Below, piece by piece: positions 1 through 10,800 of a stretch of 64,000 nt of DNA. Source of the stretch: Camelus ferus (taxonomy: Eukaryota). The position numbers and the translations under genes were made by a program. The notes under the pieces are model-generated. The model saw only the letters and a list, made by a program, of their open reading frames with translations, was not told where the DNA came from and did no database searches. The DNA lies in contig NC_045698.1 in NCBI RefSeq assembly GCF_009834535.1, positions 3,350,001 through 3,414,000 of the forward strand. Direction: 5' to 3'. Each line of letters begins with the position of its first letter. The first letter of the stretch is position 1.

Positions 1-199
1 ATGTAATGAGATTACACAGCATCAAACCTAGCGTCAAACTGGAGGCCACTCAGAGGGAGGCATATTCCCTCGCTGTCTACCGCGGAGTGACCCCAGGGTC
101 CAGCCCCCATCACAGCCTCCCAGTCCCCAGTGCTGAGGGTGGGTTTTTTTGTTGTATTTGGATATCTAATTATTTCAGTAACTTTTGTTAAAAATATCT

Positions 200-555
200 C
201 TTTTAATTTGAATTATTTGATATTTTGTTGAAAATCAGTCTGTCATTTATGTAATATCCATCACCAAAAGAGTCTTTTTGGACTTTGTTATGTTCCAATT
301 CTTATATTTCTATCCTGATACCAGGAAGGCAGTCTTGGGAACAATGACTTCATAGTAAGTTTTGAAATCAGATAGAGCAGATCCTCCAAATCCGTTTGTT
401 TGTGTGCTTGTTTTTGTAATTACTTTAGCTATTCTAAGCCATTTCCAGGTGCATATATATTTTAGAATTAGATTGTGAATTTATACCAAACAAAGTCTTC
501 TCTCTTTTTGTTGGGATTTAATTGAATCTGTAGGTAATATGGGAAGAATTTACTT
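200..555 (-). mobile_element. Ancient L1 (L1M class) ORF2 fragment
   Basis: Minus strand reads like a degenerate ORF2 ILPKLIYRFNAIP...LPDFKTYY region; many stops. Confidence 0.7.
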
Positions 556-845
556 TTTAAAAAATTAATTAATTTTGGGGGGGTAAACAAAGTTTATTCT
601 AGGAAGAGCAACTCATTGAGAGATAAAACCATTTTAAAATTTACGTATATGTACTGTTCATTGTTTCTAAGAACAGTTTAGAGCTTTAGCTTTTTAAATA
701 TAAGTACTCATCAAAGGAATAAAGCCAACTACAAAATAAGAATCAACAGAATGCAGTAATCCAATCATAAAGGACAGTCACATGTGCTTACACATATTTA
801 AGAAATCAATCATCTAAGTTATAAATAGTAATATAATAAATAGTC

Positions 846-1228
846 TTTTTTTTTTAATTCCACATATAAGGGATATCATACAGCATTTTTCTTTCTCTTT
901 CTGGCTTACTTTACTTAGAATGACAATCTCTAGGCCCATCCATGTTGCTGCAAATGGCATTATTTTATTCTTTTTTATGGCTGAATAGTATTCCACTGTG
1001 TGTGTGTGTGTGTGTGCGCGTGCGTGTGTGTGTGTGTGCGTGCGTGCATGCACGCACGTGTGTGTGTGTGTATTCCACATCTTCTTTATCCAGTCATCTG
1101 TTGATGGACATTTAGGCTGTTTCCATGTCTTGGTTATTGTAAATAGTGCTGCTATGAACATTGGGGTGAATGTGTCTTTTTGAATTGTATTTTCCTCTGG
1201 GTCATTGTGAGATTGTACGGTAAGTCTA
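846..1228 (-). mobile_element. Young L1, non-inverted 3' arm (ORF2 C-terminus ending at an internal A-tract)
   Basis: ORF 814..1239 contains [31 protein letters not shown]...[19 protein letters not shown]...LICGI; T run at 846-855. Confidence 0.95.
997..1072. repeat. (TG/CG)n alternating purine-pyrimidine microsatellite
   Basis: Directly visible; uninterrupted YR alternation. Confidence 0.95.
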
Positions 1229-2110
1229 CAAAGCCACACTAATCAAAACAGTATGGTACTGGCACAGAAACAGACACATAGATCAATGGAAAAGGACAGA
1301 AAGTCCAGAAATAAATCCACACACTTATGGTCAATTAATCTAAGACAAAGGAGGCAAGAATATACAATGAAGAAAAGACAATCTCTTCAATAAGTGGTAC
1401 TGGGAAAACTGGACAGCTACCTGTAAAAGACTAAAATTAGAACATTCTCTAACACCATATACATAAATAAATTCAAAATGGATTAAAGATTTAAATGTAA
1501 GACCAGATAGTATAAAACTCTTAGAGGAAAACATAGACAGAACACTCTTGGACATAAATCACAGCAGTACATTTTTTGAACCAGCTCCTGGAGTAATGCA
1601 AATAAAAGCAAACTAAACAAATGGGATCTAATTAAACTTAAAAGCTTCTGCACAGCTAGAGATGCCATCAACAAAATGAAAACAAAGCAACCTACAGGAT
1701 GGGAGAAAATATTTGAAAATGATGTGACAGACAAGGGACTAATTTTCAAAATATACAAACAGCTCATACACCTTCATATCAAAAAACAAGCAACCCAATC
1801 AAAAAATGGGCAGAAGACCCTAATAGACATCTCTCCAAAGAAGACAGGCATATGGCCAACAAGCACATGAAGAGATGGTCATTATCACTAATTGTTAGAG
1901 AAATGTAAATTAAAACTATAATGAGATGTCATCTCACCCCCGCCAGAATGGCCATCATTTAAAAGTCTACAAATGACAAATGCTGGAGAGGGTGTGAGGA
2001 AAAAGGAGCCCTCCTACACTGCTGGTGGGAATGTAAATTGGTGCGGCCACTGTGGAGGACACTATGGAGGTTCCTTAAAAAACTAAAAGTAGACTTGCCA
2101 TATGATCCAG
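1226..2110 (+). mobile_element. Young L1, inverted 5' arm (ORF2 from [12 protein letters not shown] to LPYDP)
   Basis: Translates to disrupted ORF2 motifs [33 protein letters not shown]; ends at tatgatccag. Confidence 0.95.
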
Positions 2111-3443
2111 ACTAGCTTATTTTAAATCTTACTGTAGAGCTCCAGTCAACAAGATAGTGTGATAGCAGTAAAAGAATAGATATTTAGACTGAAGTAACTG
2201 AATAGAGAGCCTATGAATATGTTCACACACATAGTTAACTGATTTACATAAAAGAATTGAAGGCAATACAATCCTCTTTTCAGCGACAGTACCTGAAGAT
2301 TTGAACATCTAAACTTTTCAAAATGAACCTAGGCACAGATCTTACACCTTACCCCCAAATTAACTAAAAATGTATCTTCAATCTAAATGAATAATGCAAA
2401 ACTGCAGCAGTTCTAGAAGAAAACATGGCGGGGGAGATCAAAGTTACTTTGGGTTTAATGATGAGCTTTTAAGTACAATAACCAAAAGTATACTCCATGA
2501 GAGAAAAAAAATTGGCAAGTTGGAGTTTGTTAAAATTTAAAAAAAAAACTGGTGTTCTGTAAAAGATGTTGTTAAGATAGTTAAAATGAAAGTCACAGAC
2601 TGGAAGAAAATATATGCAAAACTCATATCCAATAAAAGACATATCCACAATGTACAGTGTATGCTTAAGACTCAACAATAAGTAAACAAATAATGTAATT
2701 TAAAAATGGGGCAAATGATCACCTCACCAAAAAAGACATGCATATGGCACATAAGCAAATAAAAAGATGTTCAACATCATTTGTCATTAAGGGAATTCCA
2801 AATTAAAATGGCAACTAGATACTACTAGTTCCTACTAGAATGGCCAAAATTTTAAAAATAAATTAATTAAAAATAAATTTAAAAACTTGTCCATTCCAGC
2901 TGCCGGTGAGGGTTTACCCTAAGAGGAATTCTCACTCACTCCTCATGGGAATGCAAAACGGCACAGCCACTTTGGAAGACAGAATGGCAATTTCTTGAAA
3001 ACTAAATACAGTCTCAGCACACAAACCAGCAATCATATTCCTTGGTATTTACCCAACTGATTTGAATACTTACGCCCACACAAACACTTACATGTAAACA
3101 CTTACGGTATCTTTATTCATTATCACCCAAAACTGGAAGCAGCCAAGATGTCCTTCAGTGGACCAATGGATAAACAAACTGTAGTGCATCCTTACAGTGG
3201 GTGTTGGGGACCCCTGGACAGAGGCATGACAAAACATCTGGCTCAACTACAAATACAGGAAACAATCTCATCAAGGGAATGAGGGAAGATGTTTTTGTCC
3301 TAAGTAACTTTGGGTATTAGTGGTATCTGTAAAAATAAAGGCAAAAGAAATGAGACATAGCACTGCACAGTAATTGATAAAGTTATGTCACATGGGGGTG
3401 CAGGTTAACAAATGTACTACTGACCTACATGTGTGCTGGGATT

Positions 3444-3715
3444 TCTTTTTAGATTGAGGTATAGTCAGCTTACAATATTGTGTCAATTTCTGGTGTACTG
3501 GCATAATAGTTCCGTCATCCATATACATATATTTTCATATTCTTTTTCATTATAGGTTACTACAAGATATTGTATATATTGCCCTGTGCTGTACAGAAGA
3601 AACTTATTTTTTATCTGTTTTATATCTAGTAGTTAGTATCTGCACATCTCAAACTGCCAATTTATCCCTCCCCACCACCCTCCCCCCTTGGTAACCGTAA
3701 GTTTGTTTTCTGTTC
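3444..3715 (-). mobile_element. 5'-truncated cetartiodactyl/camelid L1 3' UTR with TSD
   Basis: Matches the other L1 3' UTR copies in this window; TSD tgtgctgggatt (3432-3443) / tgtactggaatt (3716-3727). Confidence 0.9.
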
Positions 3716-4389
3716 TGTACTGGAATTATTGCAGTGGGAAGTTACAGATAAGCAAAGGGAGGAGACTAGAATGACTTATGAGGTAATGGATTAGAATCTA
3801 AAATATCCATATAAATTCACATTTAGCATCATTAGAAACAGATGGCTACATCTAAGAACTATTGATAGACATTTGCATATTCAGTAGTTAAAATGCACAC
3901 GTACGTTTCCTCGCTGTGTCGGATGAGAGCCTAAGACGCAGCAGCAACACACCAGCAACAGGTACCTCTGGTTTCAGACGATGGCTTCCGAGTCCACTCT
4001 CTGATAAAGGAACCAGGGCTCCTTGGAGAACTGGCTGATTTTATGACTGTGATTGGAGATTTAAAAAATGAGCTTGGGACGTCTTGTAGTGGCAGAAAGT
4101 GAAGATTCTCTCAAAAACAAACAAAAAAATAAGCGAACAAACAAAAAGCACAATTGATGGGGGTATGGCTACGGGATGAAGGAGCCAAATGAAAGGGTCC
4201 CTTATGGCCAAGGCTGGAACAGTCAAAACAACAGAATAAATATGGCGGTCTTGGATTATAATCCAAAGTATGAAATAAATATCCATGAGCTCATAGTGAT
4301 ATAAATAAAAGACTGAATACAAAAGAAAATGGGGGAGGAACGGGCAAATATCCAACACAGAAAATCTCCAAATAATTCATGTAGATACT

Positions 4390-4713
4390 TGGTTTGAACT
4401 GAATGTTTGTCTCTCTAAAATTCATATATTGAACCCTAATGTTCAATGTATTGATATTAAGAGGTGGGGCCTTAGGGAGGTGACCAGGTCATGAGGGGGG
4501 AGCTCCTGTGAATGGGGTTAGCTCCCTGATAAAGAGACCCCAGGGAGGCCCCTTGCTCCCTCTGCACAGGGAGGAGATGCCACCCCTGCACCAGGAAGCA
4601 GACCCTCCCCAGACGCGGGGGCTGTCCGTCTCGGAACTCTGAGGAGAAAGTGTGCTGTTTAGAGACCACCCAGTCCAGGTGTTACTGTTACAGCAGCCAG
4701 GGCAGACTAAGAG
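4390..4713 (+). mobile_element. MaLR solo LTR (MLT1A-like)
   Basis: Motifs ctgaatgtttgt..aaaattcata, ggtggggcctt.gggaggtga, acagcagcc...gactaaga. Confidence 0.85.
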
Positions 4714-5869
4714 CTAACTCCACTGTCAAGTTAATACGTCCACTCTGTGTGCTTTACAGGGTGACTTCCTCCCAGCGAGCACCGTATGGAAGGAGGTAAA
4801 AGAGTAACTGGGCAGAGAGAAGCTTGACAAACCCTCCCTCAGCCAGGAAATCAAGGTCAACCCCAACAGGGGTACGTCAGGCTGACGGTCTGAGCCCGTG
4901 CTGCGAAGGGAGGGAGCGGTACTTTGCCTCCGGAACCTTCCTCCTCAAACACCATGATCTTCGTCCAGTCACACGCATCAGAGGAATCCCACTTCACGGA
5001 CATTGTGACCAGAGCTCCAAGCTCTCAGGACCATCCAGAACAAGGAAAGCCTGAGGAACTGTCACCGCCAAGAGGAGAGCAAGGAGTCATGTCTACTAAA
5101 CACAGTGTGGCATCTGGGATGGGGTCCTCCTGGAATATAAAAAAAGAAAACAGACACTGGGTAAAAACCAAGGCAATTTGAATTTGGGGTACACACTTTC
5201 ACTAATAATAATGATGTATCAATATTGGTTCATTATTTGGAACAAATTAATGAGATAAGATGTTAATAAGAGGGGGAACTGGTTTTCAGGTACATAGGAG
5301 CTCCCTGAACTACCTTAACAGTTGCTCCGTAATCTTAAAACTCTTCTAAAATAAAATGTTGTCTGTTTGTTTGTTTGGTTTAAGTGAAAAAGGCACCTCT
5401 CTAAAAGACTGGATGCTTATGCCGAAGAGGCTGAGGTAACCAGGAAGGGTCTTTTAGGGCAAAAATTAATGTTTTCTGACTATTTAGTCCTTGAGCAGAA
5501 AGATACTCATGGAAAATTTGGGTTTCTGGTCACTAAAAAAAAAAAAAAGATTTTATCTGTGCATGACTGAATCATAGCATATAATTTTTAACCTAGGTCA
5601 GTTTAATGTATAAAACATTTTTATTCCAAATGAAGTAATAAGTGAAAGGATGATGTTTTATATTCCTTGCTAGGCGTTTCCCCAACTCTTTAGACATGTG
5701 CAATCTATTTGTTTATTAAAGTAACTAATAAACAGAGAAATATTAAAAATAATAAACACATAATTAAAGTGGCTTTACAATCTCTTCGTGTTAGTTCTGC
5801 TAGATCCGGCATTAATGTCCCTCCAATTATTATTTTTGCTGAGGGTTTTCTACACAATCCAGTCATCGC

Positions 5870-5965
5870 CATCCTCTTCCCTTGTCTTCTCCTTCCCCTT
5901 GTTTTCCCCTCCCCTCCCCCTCCCCTTCTGCTTCATCTTCATCATCTTCATCTTCATCATCACCA
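5870..5965. repeat. Polypyrimidine and (CAT/CTT)n low-complexity tract
   Basis: Directly visible; abuts a probable MIR relic at ~5965-6100. Confidence 0.85.
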
Positions 5966-6994
5966 TCAGAGCAAGCACTTCTGTGATGCACTGATCTCAG
6001 GGCTTCTCTGCCTAACTCAGTTAATTCATTCAAACGCTATACCAGCTTTATTCTGTGGAGGAGCTTAGACCAAGTTAGTGACGGAAGCAGGGTTCACCTT
6101 TAACGGACCCTCTCCAGAGCGCATACTTGTATCCACCACCCAACCCTGCCTTCCATGAGCACAGTCATCCCCCAAATGGCAGGATTCTGATCTTTTGGGA
6201 AGCAAAGGATCACTAGTTGGCTGCAGTATTAGTGAGTCTGGAAACGCAGCTTTAATTTTTGTGCTGTGGCAAATAACAAGCCAGGATTTCTTGAACCGGA
6301 TCAGTTCCCAGAGCCTGGCAGGACGGGGGCTGCCCACGCGCAGCGTCAGGGCGAAATCCCATCCGCGGGGCGCTCACGTGGCGGGCGTGGGAACGGCAGA
6401 GAATCGTGCCGGATCTGCTCCTCCCAGTGACTCCATCACCCGAAAAACATGTGCTTGGCAGCTGGGGGAGTGTGTTAGTTCAAAGGAAATAATAATAAAA
6501 GACAGGGTAAAAGGAGGCAAATGTGCATTCTCCAATTATTTACTTGTAACATATGTTAAATAATTGTAATATGTTTGTTTTCATGTTTCGTTACTAGGAA
6601 CTTTCACCTTATCTCCAAAGAACAGAAGACTGCCAAGTCACAACAGCCGGGCCTCTTTCTAAATAAGGCATTTATGAGCAGAGGCCGAAATGCTGACTCT
6701 GGCTGTATTAGCTGCATGTCCTGGCTACTTTAAAACTGGAAATAGCTTCCAGACAGTTAATAACTAGCAGACTGGTTCGGCTTGAAAAGTTGTGAGCAGT
6801 ACCTGCTACCCTTGTCGTCAGGGCTCTGCCAGACGAGTCCATCCCCCTAGACTGACAGCTACCCACTCGGGAGAAAATTTGTCTCACCACTCAAATTCTG
6901 AAAAGCTGTTTGCCAGTTTTGAGAGAACCAACCTCCACATCAACACGAGGAGTCAGTTAGAAAAATGATCGTATGCGCTTCTGAGAGTCAGAAC

Positions 6995-7210
6995 AGCACA
7001 AAGGAGAGAATTTGGGCTTTGGAATAAGAATGAGGATGGCGACTCTCACAGTTGCTAACTGAGCAACTGGAGACTAATCGTTGCATCTCCATGAGTCTCA
7101 ACTGTCTCATCTAAAACTCCGGTGTGATAAACCACACTCTGTAAAGCGGTGTGGGGCTTAAAGTAAGCATGTGTAGAAACATTCAGCCACGATAATAAAC
7201 ACCAATCCAG
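6995..7210 (+). mobile_element. MIR SINE relic
   Basis: Core-like catctccatgagtctcaactgtctcatctaaaa. Confidence 0.65.
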
Positions 7211-8844
7211 TTTTATTTACTTATATTGCTCTCTGAACCACACCTTCAGGTAACTGAGATGGAATTAAACCCAGTGGACTCTTAGCAGTCAGTGCATCTC
7301 ACAGTAGTACTTAAAACCAGCACGCTAGAGAGGGCGACCTACTGTCATGTGACAGAGAAACAGGCCAATTCCCTGGCCATCTTGGGACCTTCTCTCTAAC
7401 TCTGAGATTCATGGCTCCCTTCCCTTAGTTGAAACTTGAAAGGAAGTATGTCAGTGGGTGGGAATAGCAACCCGGTGCGGGAATGTGGTTTGCTGGAAGA
7501 GTCAGAACAAAGGTGTACAAGATAACCAAGGGCCAAGCCGAAGAGTGCCCTAAATATGACCCTGTATCATCTGGGTGACAGGCCATGCTTGATACCTACT
7601 GAACTCCTGTGGCAGCTCATTCCTTGAATACCTTCTCACACACAGTCTTACAACTGCCGTCTGAGAGGCAATCATGACTTCCACTTGGCAGACGAGAGAC
7701 CGGAGGCGTCATGAGGTGCAGCACCTGTCCAGGTTCACATCGGTGTGGAAGGCAGCCCAGTCCTGCCCAGGGCAGGAGCCTGCGCCCCTCCCCCAGGTGC
7801 TCCCCGGCCACCCACATCCCCCAGGCTCTGAGCATTTTAAGGACAGTGCAACGGCTTGTTTAGAGTTGCTTTGCTGTGGCCCAGCAGCCCGGCTGCCAAA
7901 TCACAAACATTTGTTAGATGAATGCTGTCTAGGTTGTAACTGTTTGACCCAGGCAACGTCACGATGACACTGGTGCTTGGGGCGCATTAGTCTGATAGAG
8001 TGCAGGTTGGTTGGACCAGAAATGTGGGCGTGGAGATGAGAACCAGAAAGCTGTCTCAGGGGACCGTTACCGTGGACCGCCGTGACGACACGTGAGGCAG
8101 CCACAGAGCTTAACCCTTCCTTCTCCACTGTGTGCAGCACAGCTCGAGGAAGCTGCAGAGCCTGCCACGCTGGGCCACTCTGCGTGATCCTGCCCCCTTT
8201 CCCTACCTCGCCTTTCCCTCTGTGGGGCTGGAGACCCTTCCGCCTCACTAGTGGTTTCCTCAGCTGTGGGCGTTCATTCACACAGCTCTTCTGAATGGTC
8301 ACAGGGAGCTGCTGTCACTGCCTAGAGAAGGCCACGTTTATGCTACATAGCCGACTACCTGAGGGACATCTGAGTTAATCACGAGGTTAGTTCCTGCGTG
8401 ATTGTGTAAGTATCTTAGGACGGCTCTGCACACTGAGTACCTGCATTGTCTCCCAGAATCCACAAAAAGTCCTCGCTGTGGTACTTCTCTCCACTTGAGG
8501 CTTTAAAAAATGCACACCCACTCACGTAGTCAGCATGTATCATGTGCCTACGGTACACCAGGCATTCTCCTTGATTCTAGCAGCAGAAGAATGTCTCTGC
8601 TCTTTAAAACCTGCACTTGACAGGGAAGGAGAACCAGAAACGAGTGACCCACTCACGTCTCTCCTCGTGTTGCCTTCCAGGCATTTGTCACTGTGCTCAG
8701 GAAGCGGTCTTCACTTAGATGTCCTGGAGGTTCCATCAAGGTCTCACCCTTGCCTCTCCCTGACCTCTCTATTTTAGCTCATTCTCTCGAATCCAATCCT
8801 TATGTCAAACTGAGAAGTACTCCGTATTCTCCTGAAATTTTCTA

Positions 8845-9170
8845 TGCTTCTGCCTCTCCCAGGACCTGGAGTAAAGTACCCTCCTTCATTGTCCACCAGC
8901 TGTTTATCTTTGAGCTCTCAGCTTAGGTGGTAAACCCTCTTCCAGAAGCCTTCCCGAGAGTTCCAGTGCCCGTTCCGAGTAGGTGACGTTCTCCTGCCCT
9001 TTCTTCTGCGGTGACATTTGTGACAGCATTTTATAATTACCTCCTTCATGGATAAGGATTTCACTCTTTATCTCTGCGAACTCCGTGGCTGGAACACAAT
9101 GACGTGTGTTCAGTTTATGGCTGCAGGAGGAAGGAAGGAAAGGAGGGAGGAAAGAAGGGAGGGAGAGAGA
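8845..9170 (+). mobile_element. L2 3' end relic with purine-rich tail
   Basis: tctcagcttagg...cttccagaagccttccc...ctggaacaca followed by a (GGAA/GGGA) tail. Confidence 0.6.
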
Positions 9171-10679
9171 AAAGAGAACAAATTAGGTCTCATAACATCC
9201 CTTGTCATTATGTTGCAGTGTGATTAAACGTTCTTCCCTGTGGGTGTGATCTGTCATTTCATATGACGACCAGACACAAGGTGGTGCCTGACCTCAAGTG
9301 ACATCAGTAGTAAGTGAGAAAGAGATAGAAGGGTGGAAGAAATTAGAATGGAAGAATCAATAGTTGGTGGCAGGTCCAACCATGAAATAAAAGGAAAAGT
9401 GTTTCCCTTTTCTTGTGACTGGAACAGACAGATGTTAGAAAGGGAAAGCCGTATTTTTTCATAGGCAGCTCTTATTCTCCACTGGGTGAGAATTGGATGC
9501 TTGAGGTTTCCCATTTAAATTAAAATATTTAACATAACATATGCATGAATGTAGAGCCAAGGATGAAAGTCTTATCATAAATACATAAGAGGAACCATTG
9601 CACTAAATTATTTCACAAATGTATAGACCATCCAAAATATTCCCTACTGAGCCCGCAGACATTGACTGTGAATTATAACTTGTCCAACATGGTTAGCTCT
9701 TTGCCTACAATTCCTCCCTCTTCTCTTAGCCTCAGACTGAGGAATGCTCTCCAGCAGAAAGTGTGTATTTTATTTTAAAATACTTACAAGGGCTTGAGCT
9801 GTATCAGTGATGAGATTAGAAATGAAACCAAAGGAACAAATATTTGTCAACTTGCATATTATTTAGTTGATGAATCATCTGCTTTGTGAGAATCAGTAAA
9901 GGGTTGAAGAAGTCAATGTGATCCTCTTTCAAAGATATAAGATGAGAGCCCTGGAGATGCAGCGGATGGCCTCTGTGGACGGCAGGCTCACTGAAGACGT
10001 CCTTGAGGAACTGTTAGAGGTCAGTCAAGAAGCAGTCATCAGAGACACTGGCACGTGCATTTCTTTCCGTGGAGCTGGATACCCAGATCATGACTGCCTG
10101 AGGGAAGCTGAGAGTTCACAGGGGCAAAGCTGTGTGCCTGGGAGACATGGAAGGTCACTGAAGGGTGAATCTTCTCTTAGACTTGGATGTAGGTTATTGC
10201 CAATCCTGAAGGGTTCCTTACAGACAGAATCATCCTAGGATCCCATGAAGAGTCTAAATTTGTTTGAAAATTCCTGCTCAAACTTCAAGCTTCAAAGCAC
10301 TCGTGAGGTCTTTTTGAGAAAAGAAAATAAAAATCTACCCTAAGATTCTGCTCTCTGTGAAGCAATGATACTTGGTGACTTCCAGACCCGTATCTGTGAC
10401 AGCCCCACCACACCGTCAAGCTGTCATGCCATTCCTGGGGTCACATGGTTTTGAAACTGCTGCCTCAACCAGCAAAACCCTAGGGAACCTCAGAGCACCC
10501 CTCCTTTTACTGCTTTGTCTGGACTAGATAAATTTGCTTCTGCTATTTGTAGTAACTTGTATTATCAGAACATGTTTGAGTTTACAGTGCTTTCAAATAC
10601 ATTATCTCATCTGGCCTAAGAATTTGGCACAGTTGTTAAGCATAAGTAAACATCTGGAGAACTCTGATTTACAAGTCTA

Positions 10680-10800
10680 TCATTAATCCATCAGCAAACA
10701 GTCATTGAGCAGCTACTGTACGCCAGGCTCTACATTGACTGTGGTATGTCCTGGGAGAAGTTGGAGAAGGAAGAAGCAACATCATGCTAACAGGAGCTGA
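10680..10800 (-). mobile_element. L2 3' end relic
   Basis: catcagcaaacagtcattgagcagctactgtacgccaggc resembles the L2 terminus. Confidence 0.6.

Larger units (their letters stand above)
2111..5360 (+). mobile_element. Ancient L1MC/L1MD-class element (ORF2 3' part plus long 3' UTR), interrupted by younger insertions
   Basis: Degenerate ORF2 at 2111-3200, then 3' UTR motifs aaaggaaccagggctccttggagaa, ggccaaggctggaaca, gtatcaatattggttcatt and terminal cttctaaaataaaa. Confidence 0.85.

Noticed and set aside
5860..5965. Acidic D/E/G run on the minus strand resembling ANP32/SET-type tails
   Set aside because: Low complexity, no flanking homology, and it abuts a probable MIR tail.
7210..7256. Recursive-splice-like ag|gtaact after a pyrimidine-rich stretch
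   Set aside because: Imperfect donor and no evidence of a plus-strand host gene.
9935..10019. Possible plus-strand coding exon (YKMRALEMQRMASVDGRLTEDVLEELLE)
   Set aside because: Mediocre splice sites, no recognised homology, no partner exons.
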